From an uncultured Bacilli bacterium (GTDB lineage Bacteria; Bacillota_I; Bacilli_A; RF39; UBA660), in assembly GCA_947589515.1 (NCBI GenBank), contig CANQBE010000003.1:1-63272 (forward strand): a stretch of DNA of 63,272 nt, in the 5' to 3' direction. Under the pieces are notes generated by a model. It was not told the origin of the DNA. It saw only the letters and a list, made by a program, of their open reading frames with translations, and did not search any database. Both the position numbers and the translations under genes were made by a program. This document shows, piece after piece, positions 18,687-28,257 of the stretch (position 1 is the stretch's first letter; each line of letters starts with the position of its first letter).

Positions 18687-20243
18687 ATGAATAAGAAGAA
18701 AATCATTTATATGAGTTTATTGATATTAACAGTATTGTTAGTAACAAGTATTTATGTATCATATGGATTCTTTACGAATAAATTAGAAGAACATGGAAAA
18801 CTAAATATCGTAGTAGGAACTCTAGATTATAAATTAAGTGAAAAGGAATTAGTAATTCCTAGTCATACTGCTAAGGCATTTAGAATAGAAGTAACTTCTT
18901 TAAATGATACCGATACCAAGTATGAATTATATTATCAGATAAGTAAAGAGAATCCTAATTTAGAATTTGGTTATGTAGAAAATACAGAAGATGAACCTAA
19001 AGGTGAAATCAAAAAGAATGCTAAAAAGGAAATTACTTTATATGTAAGAAATCATACAGAGAATGATCAAACCATCACTCTAGGAGTAGAAGGGGGATTT
19101 TTCAACAATGATTTATCACTAAGTAAAGGAAAATCAATTCCAAAACTAGATTATAGTAAAGAAAAACAGCAGTTATATACAATTATAGAAGAAGTAGAAA
19201 AGTATTCTAAAAATAATGAAGTAACTCAAACAACAACATTTACTTTACCAGAAGATAATAGTAAGTTAGCCCTATTAGATAATACTTTAGAAGGAACAGT
19301 ATATATCAAAAAAGATGGACAAATAGGATTTCAAGGATTAAATAATAATAAATGTTTAGTAAAAAGATATAGTTTAGAAGAAGTAGAAGAGTTTAATAAT
19401 CATCATGATATTTGCAATCAAAATATATACAAAAACTTAGTCATCAATGGCTATGGGGAATATGGAGATAATACTAATTTTCCATCATTTACATACAACA
19501 ATGAAACTAACGATTTTAAAATAAATGTTACAAAAACAATGCGATCACACTCACAATATTTGATACCGGTAGACGTTAATAAGAAATATTATTATTCTAT
19601 GGATACTTATACAGAACTTGAAAATTCATCTAATTATATTGGATTATATGAATATGATTATGATAAAAACTTAATTAGTGCATATGAGATAATGTATATT
19701 TCCGATACTTTAACTAGACTAACACAAGATTTAAAAAATGGAGATGAAGTAATTTATTTAGAAAATGTATCTAATTGGAATGTAACATCAGCAACACCAG
19801 ATTATCAAAGAGGCTTTATCTTTTGGAATTATAAAGATTCATCAGGATATCAATATCCAGAATTAACTTACTCTAGAAATCATACGGGAGCTACAGTATG
19901 GATAAATGAAAATTCGATAGATAAAGAAAACAATACTATCACTTTGACAAAACCATGGGATGGAGGAAATTATCCAATGGGGACTCAAGTTTCTCAAAAA
20001 AGCGATGGACCTGCAAATAATTATTCGTTGGTATCTAGTAAACCATTATCAAACAGTTATCAGAATTATCATGCTACAATAACTGGAACAAGCACCAATA
20101 ATCTTAATTTTACAACTGCCTTTCGCATTCCGACCAATTATGTTCAAATTTTAGTTTGGTTGAACCATAACAGTACATCTTCTAATCTAACCCCACCATA
20201 TGCCTATATCAGAAATATCGTATTGGAAGAAGTAGATGAATAA
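18687..20243 (+). CDS. Chimeric secreted/surface protein, tandem copy 1
   Basis: Basic N-terminus + TM + SYGFF...VGTLDY (SipW/TasA-class signal pattern); pilin-like middle with Cys pair KCLVK...DIC; beta-rich C-terminal domain NLVINGYGEYGDNTNF...RGFIFWNY..S.GYQYP..TYSRN. Confidence 0.8.
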   Translation: MNKKKIIYMSLLILTVLLVTSIYVSYGFFTNKLEEHGKLNIVVGTLDYKLSEKELVIPSHTAKAFRIEVTSLNDTDTKYELYYQISKENPNLEFGYVENTEDEPKGEIKKNAKKEITLYVRNHTENDQTITLGVEGGFFNNDLSLSKGKSIPKLDYSKEKQQLYTIIEEVEKYSKNNEVTQTTTFTLPEDNSKLALLDNTLEGTVYIKKDGQIGFQGLNNNKCLVKRYSLEEVEEFNNHHDICNQNIYKNLVINGYGEYGDNTNFPSFTYNNETNDFKINVTKTMRSHSQYLIPVDVNKKYYYSMDTYTELENSSNYIGLYEYDYDKNLISAYEIMYISDTLTRLTQDLKNGDEVIYLENVSNWNVTSATPDYQRGFIFWNYKDSSGYQYPELTYSRNHTGATVWINENSIDKENNTITLTKPWDGGNYPMGTQVSQKSDGPANNYSLVSSKPLSNSYQNYHATITGTSTNNLNFTTAFRIPTNYVQILVWLNHNSTSSNLTPPYAYIRNIVLEEVDE

Positions 20244-20260
20244 TCAGATTGTAAATAGAA

Positions 20261-20338
20261 AGTAAAATGAAAAAGAAAAGAATCTAAATCTAGATTTTTT
20301 TCTTTTTCAGTTATATAATAAAAATATAAATCCTAAAT
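20261..20338 (+). repeat. 78-bp identical intergenic element with terminator-like hairpin, copy A
   Basis: Identical at 20261, 22081 and 23901 (period 1820); hairpin TGAAAAAGAAAAGAATCTA/TAGATTTTTTTCTTTTTCA, then TATAAT. Confidence 0.9.
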
Positions 20339-20509
20339 TACAGTGATTAAAAGAATTCAAATATGATTGATAACCTTATGAAATAAGGATTTTGATACAT
20401 AGGAATTTTGTTTATAATTATTATTTAAAAGTTATGTATACCTTATTTTATAAGGTGTTTTTTTTATTCTCTAGTTTTTAAACACTGTACTTAAAAACTG
20501 GAGGAAGTT

Positions 20510-22063
20510 ATGAATAAGAAAAAAATTATTTATATGAGTTTATTGATATTAATAGTATTGTTAGTAACTAGTATTTATGTATCATATGGCTTCTTTACGA
20601 ATAAACTAGAAGAACATGGAAAATTAAATATCGTAGTAGGAACATTAGATTATAAATTAAGTGAAAAGGAATTAGTAATTCCTAGTCATACCGCTAAGGA
20701 ATTTAAAATAGAAGTAACTTCTTTAAATGATACCGATACTAAGTATGAATTATATTATCAAATGAGTAAAGAGAATTCTGATTTAACATTTGGATATGTA
20801 GAAGATACCAAGGATCAACCAAAAGGCGAAATCAAAAAGAATGCTAAAAAAGAGATTACTTTATATGTAAGAAATCATACAGAGAATAATCAAACCATCA
20901 CTCTAGGAATAGAAGGAGGATTTATCAACAATGATTTATCCTTAAGTAAAGGAAACCCAATTCCAAAACTAGATTATAGTAAAGAACAACAACAGTTATA
21001 TACAATATTAGAAGAAGCAGAAAAGTATTCTAAAAATAATGAAATAACCCAAACAACAACATTAACTCTACCACAAGATAATAGTAAGTTAGCCTTAGTC
21101 GATAATACTTTAGCAGGAAACGTATATATCAAAAAAGATGGACAAATAGGATTCCAAGGATTAAATGATGATAAATGTTTAGTAAAAAGATATAGTTTAG
21201 AAGAAGTAGAAGAGTTTACCAATCACCATGATATCTGTAGTAACAATATCTACAAAAACCTAGTCATCAATGGCTATGGAGAATATGGAGATAATACCAA
21301 TTTTACAGGTTTGATTTATAATAGTGATACTAATGATTTCAAAACATCTGTTACAATGAGAGCACAACCACAATCACAAGATATGATACCAGTAGATGTT
21401 AATAAGAAATATTATTATTCTATGGACGCCTATACGGAGCATGAAAATTCATCTAATTATATTGGACTATATGAATATGATTATGATAAATTAGCTGTTA
21501 CAGCACCAACTGTAATGTATATTCCTAATACATTAACGAAACTAACAAAAGATTTAAATAACGGAGATGAAGTAATCTATTTAGAAAATGTAACTAATTG
21601 GAATATAACATCAGAAACACCAACTTATCAACGAGGCTTTATCTTTTGGAATTATCAAAATTCAACAGGTTATCAATATCCAGAATTAACTTATTCTAGA
21701 AATCATACGGGAGCTACAGCATGGATAAATGAAAATTCGATAGATAAAGAAAACAATACTATCACTTTGACAAAACCATGGGATGGTGGTACCTATCTAG
21801 CAGGAACTCAAGTTTCTCAAAAAAGTGATGGTGCCGCAAATAATTATTCTTTAGTCAATGGTAAATTATCTACAAATAATTACCAAAATTATCATGCTAC
21901 AATAACGGGAACTAACTATAATAATTCTTCATATGCTTCTTTCCGCTTTCCAACCAAATATGTTAGCATTTTTGCCTGGTTGAATAATTACAACACTTCT
22001 TCTAATCTAACCTCACCATATGCCTATATCAGAAATATCGTATTGGAAGAAGTAGATGAGTAA
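20510..22063 (+). CDS. Chimeric surface protein, tandem copy 2
   Basis: Paralog of 18687-20243 with the same architecture. Confidence 0.8.
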   Translation: MNKKKIIYMSLLILIVLLVTSIYVSYGFFTNKLEEHGKLNIVVGTLDYKLSEKELVIPSHTAKEFKIEVTSLNDTDTKYELYYQMSKENSDLTFGYVEDTKDQPKGEIKKNAKKEITLYVRNHTENNQTITLGIEGGFINNDLSLSKGNPIPKLDYSKEQQQLYTILEEAEKYSKNNEITQTTTLTLPQDNSKLALVDNTLAGNVYIKKDGQIGFQGLNDDKCLVKRYSLEEVEEFTNHHDICSNNIYKNLVINGYGEYGDNTNFTGLIYNSDTNDFKTSVTMRAQPQSQDMIPVDVNKKYYYSMDAYTEHENSSNYIGLYEYDYDKLAVTAPTVMYIPNTLTKLTKDLNNGDEVIYLENVTNWNITSETPTYQRGFIFWNYQNSTGYQYPELTYSRNHTGATAWINENSIDKENNTITLTKPWDGGTYLAGTQVSQKSDGAANNYSLVNGKLSTNNYQNYHATITGTNYNNSSYASFRFPTKYVSIFAWLNNYNTSSNLTSPYAYIRNIVLEEVDE

Positions 22064-22080
22064 TCGGATTGTAAATGAAG

Positions 22081-22158
22081 AGTAAAATGAAAAAGAAAAG
22101 AATCTAAATCTAGATTTTTTTCTTTTTCAGTTATATAATAAAAATATAAATCCTAAAT
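22081..22158 (+). repeat. 78-bp intergenic element, copy B
   Basis: Identical to 20261-20338. Confidence 0.9.
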
Positions 22159-22329
22159 CAAAATACTTAAAAGAATTGAAATATTGTTTATATCCTTATA
22201 AAATATGGAATTTTATAAACAATATTTTTTTTGATTGTGATAAGATTAAAATTCAATTGTTGTGATTCAATAAGGTATTTTTCCTATTCTCTAGTTTTCA
22301 AGTATTTTGCTTAAAAACTGGAGGAAGTT

Positions 22330-23883
22330 ATGAATAAGAAAAAAATTATTTATATGAGTTTATTAATATTAACAGTATTGTTAGTAACAAGTATTTATGT
22401 ATCATATGGCTTCTTTACGAATAAATTAGAAGAACATGGAAAACTAAATATCGTAGTAGGAACTCTAGATTATAAATTAAGTGAAAAGGAATTAGTAATT
22501 CCTAGTCATACTGCTAAGGCATTTAGAATAGAAGTAACTTCTTTAAATGATACCGATACCAAGTATGAATTATATTATCAGATAAGTAAAGAGAATCCTA
22601 ATTTAGAATTTGGTTATGTAGAAAATACAGAAGATGAACCTAAAGGTGAAATCAAAAAGAATGCTAAAAAGGAAATTACTTTATATGTAAGAAATCATAC
22701 AGAGAATGATCAAACCATCACTCTAGGAGTAGAAGGGGGATTTTTCAACAATGATTTATCACTAAGTAAAGGAAAATCAATTCCAAAACTAGATTATAGT
22801 AAAGAAAAACAGCAGTTATATACAATTATAGAAGAAGTAGAAAAGTATTCTAAAAATAATGAAGTAACTCAAACAACAACATTTACTTTACCAGAAGATA
22901 ATAGTAAGTTAGCCCTATTAGATAATACTTTAGAAGGAACAGTATATATCAAAAAAGATGGACAAATAGGATTTCAAGGATTAAATAATAATAAATGTTT
23001 AGTAAAAAGATATAGTTTAGAAGAAGTAGAAGAGTTTAATAATCATCATGATATTTGCAATCAAAATATATACAAAAACTTAGTCATCAATGGCTATGGT
23101 GAATATGGAAATAATACCAATTTTCCAGATTTTATCTATAATAAGGAAAGTAATGATTTTAAAATAGATGTTACACATTTAGTACAAACTTCATCACAAG
23201 ATATGATACCAGTAGACGTTAATAAGAAATATTATTATTCCATGGATGCTTATACAGAACTAAAAAATGAAGAAAACTATATTGGACTATATGAATATGA
23301 TTATGATAAAAAAATCATTAACGCAGTAGATATCATGTATATTCCTAATACCTTAACGAAACTAGCAAAAGATTTAAAAAATGGTGATGAAGTAGTTTAT
23401 TTAGAGGATGTATCTAATTGGAATATAACATCAGCAACACCAACTTATCAAAGAGGATTTATTTTTTGGAATTATCAAGATTCAACAGGCTATCAATATC
23501 CGCCAGAAACATATTCAAAAAATAATTTCGTAGCTATTTGGATTCGTGAAAATTCGGCAAATGCAGACACAAACACCATCATGTTAGCCAATCCATGGAA
23601 CGGAGGAAATTATCCAGCAGGAACTTATGTATCCAGAAGTGATTCTGGCGCTGCTCATAATTATTCATTGAGGAGTGGTAACTCATTATCAAATAGCTAT
23701 CAAAACCATAATGCTGTTATAGTGGGAACAAGCGCCAAAAATTCTAATTTTCAAACAGCTTTTCGTATTCCTACAAAATATGTTAGCATTTTTACTTGGT
23801 TTAACCATAATCGTATATCTTCCAATCTAACTCCACCATATACTTATATTAAAAATATCGTATTTGAAGAAGTAGATGAGTAA
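22330..23883 (+). CDS. Chimeric surface protein, tandem copy 3
   Basis: Residues 1-260 identical to copy 1; C-terminal half divergent. Confidence 0.8.
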   Translation: MNKKKIIYMSLLILTVLLVTSIYVSYGFFTNKLEEHGKLNIVVGTLDYKLSEKELVIPSHTAKAFRIEVTSLNDTDTKYELYYQISKENPNLEFGYVENTEDEPKGEIKKNAKKEITLYVRNHTENDQTITLGVEGGFFNNDLSLSKGKSIPKLDYSKEKQQLYTIIEEVEKYSKNNEVTQTTTFTLPEDNSKLALLDNTLEGTVYIKKDGQIGFQGLNNNKCLVKRYSLEEVEEFNNHHDICNQNIYKNLVINGYGEYGNNTNFPDFIYNKESNDFKIDVTHLVQTSSQDMIPVDVNKKYYYSMDAYTELKNEENYIGLYEYDYDKKIINAVDIMYIPNTLTKLAKDLKNGDEVVYLEDVSNWNITSATPTYQRGFIFWNYQDSTGYQYPPETYSKNNFVAIWIRENSANADTNTIMLANPWNGGNYPAGTYVSRSDSGAAHNYSLRSGNSLSNSYQNHNAVIVGTSAKNSNFQTAFRIPTKYVSIFTWFNHNRISSNLTPPYTYIKNIVFEEVDE

Positions 23884-23900
23884 TTGAAATGTAAATAGGA

Positions 23901-23978
23901 AGTAAAATGAAAAAGAAAAGAATCTAAATCTAGATTTTTTTCTTTTTCAGTTATATAATAAAAATATAAATCCTAAAT
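23901..23978 (+). repeat. 78-bp intergenic element, copy C
   Basis: Identical to 20261-20338. Confidence 0.9.
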
Positions 23979-24149
23979 TAGATTGATTAAAAGAATTGAA
24001 ATATTGTTTATCATCTCATGAAATAAGAAAATTGATAAGCAATATTTTTTAATTTTTTTAAATTATTCATATTTGTTTTTTCTTATTTTTGAAGATAATT
24101 TCGTTATTCCTTAGTTTTAAAGCAATCTACTTAAAAACTGGAGGAAGTT

Positions 24150-25697
24150 ATGAATAAGAAGAAAATCATTTATATGAGTTTATTGATATTAACAGTATTG
24201 TTAGTAACTAGTATTTATGTATCATATGGATTCTTTACGAATAAATTAGAAGAACATGGGAAACTAAATATCGTAGTAGGAACTCTAGATTATAAATTAA
24301 GTGAAAAGGAATTAGTAATTCCTAGTCATACCGCTAAGGAATTTAAAATAGAAGTAACTTCTTTAAATGATACTGATACCAAATATGAATTATATTATCA
24401 AATGAGTAGAGAGAATCCTAATTTAGAATTTGGATATATAGAAGATACCAAGGATGAGCCTAAAGGCGAAATTAAAAAGAATGCTAAAAAAGAGATTACT
24501 TTATATGTAAGGAATCATACAGAAAATAATCAAACCATCACTCTAGGAATAGAAGGAGGATTTATCAACAATGATTTATCACTAAGTAAAGGAAACTCGA
24601 TACCTAAACTAGATTATAGTAAAGAAAAACAGCAGTTATATACAATTATAGAAGAAGTAGAAAAGTATTCTAAAAATAATGAAGTAACTCAAACAACAAC
24701 ATTTACTTTACCAGAAGATAATAGTAAGTTAGCCCTATTAGATAATACTTTAGAAGGAACAGTATATATCAAAAAAGATGGACAAATAGGATTTCAAGGA
24801 TTAAATAATAATAAATGTTTAGTAAAAAGATATAGTTTAGAAGAGGTAGAAGAGTTTACCAATCACCATGATATCTGTAGTAAAAATATATACAAAAACC
24901 TAGTTATTAATGGCTATGGAGAATATGGAGATAACACCAATTTTCCAGCACTTACCTATAGCAATGAAAACAATGAATTTAGAATTAAAATAAATAATGA
25001 AACAGACATTGTTTCTAGTATATATATTCCGATAGATACCAATAAGAAATATGATTATTCTATGGAAGTGTATACAGAAATGGCAGATACAACAAATTAT
25101 ATTGGAATATATCAATATGATTATGATAAGTTAATTATTAATGCACCAAATATAATGTATATTCCTAGTACCTTAACTAAACTAGCAAAAGATTTAAAAA
25201 ATGGTGATGATATAGTTTATTTCGAAAATCTATCTAATTGGAATGTAACATCATCAACACCAAGTTACGAAAGAGGCTTTATCTTTTGGAATTATCAAGA
25301 TTCAACAGGCCATCAATATCCAGAATTAACTTATTCTAAAAATTTTTATAATGATTTATTTAATTATGATAAAATAAACAAAGAAACAAATACAATTACT
25401 TTAACCAAGCCATGGGATGGTGGTACCTACCCAGCAGGAACTCAAGTTTCACAAAGTAGTTCTGGTAGTACGCATAATTATTCCTTAGTTGATGGTAAAA
25501 GTCTTACAAATAGTTATCAGAACTATCATGCAAGAATCACAGGAACAAGTTATAATAATTATAATAATGGAACTACTTTTCGAATTCCAACCAAATATAT
25601 TAAAATTTTTACTTGGTTTAATTATAAGAGCCAATCTTCAATGCTAAATGCATCTGGCCATATCAGAAATATCGTATTTGAAGAAGTGGATGAATGA
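24150..25697 (+). CDS. Chimeric surface protein, tandem copy 4
   Basis: N-terminal half is a mosaic of copy-2-like and copy-1/3-like segments. Confidence 0.8.
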   Translation: MNKKKIIYMSLLILTVLLVTSIYVSYGFFTNKLEEHGKLNIVVGTLDYKLSEKELVIPSHTAKEFKIEVTSLNDTDTKYELYYQMSRENPNLEFGYIEDTKDEPKGEIKKNAKKEITLYVRNHTENNQTITLGIEGGFINNDLSLSKGNSIPKLDYSKEKQQLYTIIEEVEKYSKNNEVTQTTTFTLPEDNSKLALLDNTLEGTVYIKKDGQIGFQGLNNNKCLVKRYSLEEVEEFTNHHDICSKNIYKNLVINGYGEYGDNTNFPALTYSNENNEFRIKINNETDIVSSIYIPIDTNKKYDYSMEVYTEMADTTNYIGIYQYDYDKLIINAPNIMYIPSTLTKLAKDLKNGDDIVYFENLSNWNVTSSTPSYERGFIFWNYQDSTGHQYPELTYSKNFYNDLFNYDKINKETNTITLTKPWDGGTYPAGTQVSQSSSGSTHNYSLVDGKSLTNSYQNYHARITGTSYNNYNNGTTFRIPTKYIKIFTWFNYKSQSSMLNASGHIRNIVFEEVDE

Positions 25698-25797
25698 TTT
25701 TCATTTATAAGTGTATAGTTTACTATTTTCGAATAATAAACTATATTTTTTTGTTGTTTTGTGGTAGAATAAGGACATCGATATAGGAGGTGAAACA

Positions 25798-27105
25798 ATG
25801 AATTTACCAACTGTTGCTTTAGTAGGAAGACCAAATGTAGGAAAAAGCACTTTATTTAATCGTCTAGTTGGAAGTAAAGTATCTATTATTGAAGATACTC
25901 CTGGCGTTACAAGGGATAGAATTTATAGCGAAGTAAATTACAAAAATTATCGATTCCATTTAATTGATACAGGTGGAATTGATGTAAGCCAAGAGTTATT
26001 TAATGATGAAATTAAAATTCAAGCCGAAATAGCGATTGAAGAAAGTGATGTTGTTGTTTTTATTGTTGATGGAAAAGAAGGACTGACCACAAATGATAAA
26101 GTCGTTCGTGATATGCTAAGAAAAAGTCAAAAAAGAGTAATTGTTGCTATTAATAAAATTGACAGCAAAGAAAGCCAAGAACATCAATATGATTTTTATG
26201 AATTAGGTTTTGATGAATATGTACCAATTAGTTCTGAACATAATACGGGTATTTATGAACTTTTAGATACCATTACTGCTAATTTTCATGAATACCAAGA
26301 ACAAGAAGAAGACACTAGATTAAAATTTTCAGTGATTGGTAGACCAAATGTAGGAAAAAGTAGTTTAATTAATGCTCTATTAAATGAAGAAAGAGTAATT
26401 GTTAGTAACGAAGCAGGAACAACTCGTGATGCAGTGGATACTGTGATGAAATATAATGGTGAAGAGTTCATTTTAATTGATACAGCAGGAATGCGAAAAA
26501 AAGGGAAAGTATTTGAAAGCATTGAAAAATACAGTTTACTTCGTAGTTTAAAAGCCATTGATAGAAGTGATTTATGTTTACTTGTTATTAATGCCGAAGA
26601 AGGAATTATCGAACATGATAAACATATTGCTAGTTATGCTTTAGAAAAAGGAAAAGGATTAATTATTGTCGTTAATAAGTGGGATACTGTAGAAAATATA
26701 AGTACCAAAGAATACGAAAAAATAGTCCGCAGTGAATTTCAATTTTTAAGTTATGCTCCAATTGTTTATCTATCTGCTCTTACCAAAAAAAGAATTCATA
26801 CTCTAATGCCAGAAGTATTAAAAGTAGCTGAAAACATTAAACGAGAAATTAAAACAAGTGTATTAAACGAAGTCATAACAGATGCTTATAGTTTAAATTT
26901 ACCTCCTTCTTACAAAGGAAAAAGACTAAAAATATATTTTGTGAATCAAACGGGAATCAAACCTCCAAAGTTTACTTTCTATGTAAACAATAAAGGATTA
27001 GTACACTTTTCTTATGAGCGTTATTTAGAAAATAAATTAAGAGAAAACTTTGAATTAGAAGGAACTCCTATTATCATACAATTCAAAAATAGAGGTGAAG
27101 AATAA
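25798..27105 (+). CDS. der: Ribosome biogenesis GTPase Der (EngA)
   Basis: Two GRPNVGKS P-loops, DTGG/DTAG, NK.D motifs and a C-terminal KH-like domain. Confidence 0.98.
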   Translation: MNLPTVALVGRPNVGKSTLFNRLVGSKVSIIEDTPGVTRDRIYSEVNYKNYRFHLIDTGGIDVSQELFNDEIKIQAEIAIEESDVVVFIVDGKEGLTTNDKVVRDMLRKSQKRVIVAINKIDSKESQEHQYDFYELGFDEYVPISSEHNTGIYELLDTITANFHEYQEQEEDTRLKFSVIGRPNVGKSSLINALLNEERVIVSNEAGTTRDAVDTVMKYNGEEFILIDTAGMRKKGKVFESIEKYSLLRSLKAIDRSDLCLLVINAEEGIIEHDKHIASYALEKGKGLIIVVNKWDTVENISTKEYEKIVRSEFQFLSYAPIVYLSALTKKRIHTLMPEVLKVAENIKREIKTSVLNEVITDAYSLNLPPSYKGKRLKIYFVNQTGIKPPKFTFYVNNKGLVHFSYERYLENKLRENFELEGTPIIIQFKNRGEE

Positions 27106-27641
27106 TGTTAGGATTAAATGAATATACGGTTGCCTTTAAACAAGGATTAAATTATGTATTATATGATAGTGAAAAAGAAACCAGAAAAGAACCCAAAATC
27201 GATAATAGTAGTCTAACATCAATTGGTTATTATGATGGATATCAATATGGTGAATACTGTGAAATGGTGGGTATCAACATGAGCATTAGTCAAGAACAAT
27301 TAATTGCGGTAATCGATAAATATCATACACAAGCTTTAGAACGATACAGAGCCTATCAAGAACCATATATTCGCTATAAAAGTGGATTTATAGATGGTAA
27401 ATTTACATTATTAGAAAAGATTCATCAGGAAGATACTAGTTTCAATGAATTACCAGAAATAAATCAAAACGATATAATATCTATTGGCTATCATGATGGT
27501 TATGCATATTATTTAGATGAATTTGTCAAAAATGGAACAGTAAATTTAGAAACTACTTTAGGAAAGTTTGAAGAAATTACCAAGTCTTGTTATGAAAAAA
27601 GGATAGCAAATACTGAAACAATCCAAGAAAATAAGAAATAA
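27105..27641 (+). CDS. Hypothetical protein with a two-fold internal repeat
   Basis: P.I.....SIGY.DGY.Y occurs twice; TAATG overlap with der. Confidence 0.7.
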   Translation: MLGLNEYTVAFKQGLNYVLYDSEKETRKEPKIDNSSLTSIGYYDGYQYGEYCEMVGINMSISQEQLIAVIDKYHTQALERYRAYQEPYIRYKSGFIDGKFTLLEKIHQEDTSFNELPEINQNDIISIGYHDGYAYYLDEFVKNGTVNLETTLGKFEEITKSCYEKRIANTETIQENKK

Positions 27642-27674
27642 TAGAATTTAATAAGAAAAGTAGGAGTTGATATA

Positions 27675-27869
27675 ATGGGATGGTTTTTAGATAGAAAAGA
27701 TCCAAAAACAGAATTAGAAGGATTAGAAAGAGCACAAAGAATATTAGATGAAAGATATCAAAAAGGACAAGTACTAGATGCTGTTTATCAAAAACAGTGT
27801 ATGGAATTCCAAAAAAGAAGAGAAAAATACGAAAAAAAATTAAAAAAACAAGGGAAACTATACGATTAA
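27675..27869 (+). CDS. Small hypothetical protein with SHOCT-like motif
   Basis: GGAG RBS; ILDERYQKGQV...Y resembles the SHOCT pattern. Confidence 0.55.
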   Translation: MGWFLDRKDPKTELEGLERAQRILDERYQKGQVLDAVYQKQCMEFQKRREKYEKKLKKQGKLYD

Positions 27870-27922
27870 AATAATGGAACAAAAGAAACCTTTTACATAT
27901 AATGATGTAGGAGGTCTTTTTT

Positions 27923-28162
27923 ATGTTTGGCGATTCATTTTTTAAAAAGGTAGAAGATAAATCTGGAGTAAATAAAGAAACCATTCTATCTTTAGCAAAT
28001 AAACTGCAACACTCCGATATGAAAGATGAAAAAGTATTAAGGGAATTAGTACAAGAAATAGGTGGAGTAGCAGGAAAAGAAGTAAGTAAGGAAAAAGAAG
28101 ATAAAATTGTTAATGCAATCTTAAAAGATAATGTTCCGAAAGATATTGATAAGATGCTTTAA
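27923..28162 (+). CDS. spoVIF: Stage VI sporulation protein F-like
   Basis: FFKKVEDKSGVNKETILSLANKLQHSDMKDEKVLRELVQEIG.VAGKEVSKEKED.IV.AI. Confidence 0.8.
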   Translation: MFGDSFFKKVEDKSGVNKETILSLANKLQHSDMKDEKVLRELVQEIGGVAGKEVSKEKEDKIVNAILKDNVPKDIDKML

Positions 28163-28200
28163 TAGAAAGTAAAAAAGAGTAGATCTATTTCTAATACTAG

Positions 28201-28228
28201 GAATATCTCTTTTTTTTTCTCATATAGT
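28201..28228 (+). promoter_or_regulatory. Possible sigmaE promoter of spoIVA
   Basis: GAATATC-13 nt-CATATAGT, close to the sigmaE consensus; spoIVA is sigmaE-dependent in B. subtilis. Confidence 0.4.
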
Positions 28229-28257
28229 TAAATGAATAGAAAGAGAGTGTTTGATAT

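Noticed and set aside
18687-25697. Diversity-generating retroelement or shufflon explaining the variable C-termini
   Set aside because: No reverse transcriptase or recombinase gene in the window; differences are not restricted to adenines and include indels; all copies are full-length and co-oriented, with no inverted cassettes.
18687-25697. Prophage tail module
   Set aside because: The genes have signal/TM N-termini and individual RBS/terminators, and are flanked by cysE and der with no other phage genes.
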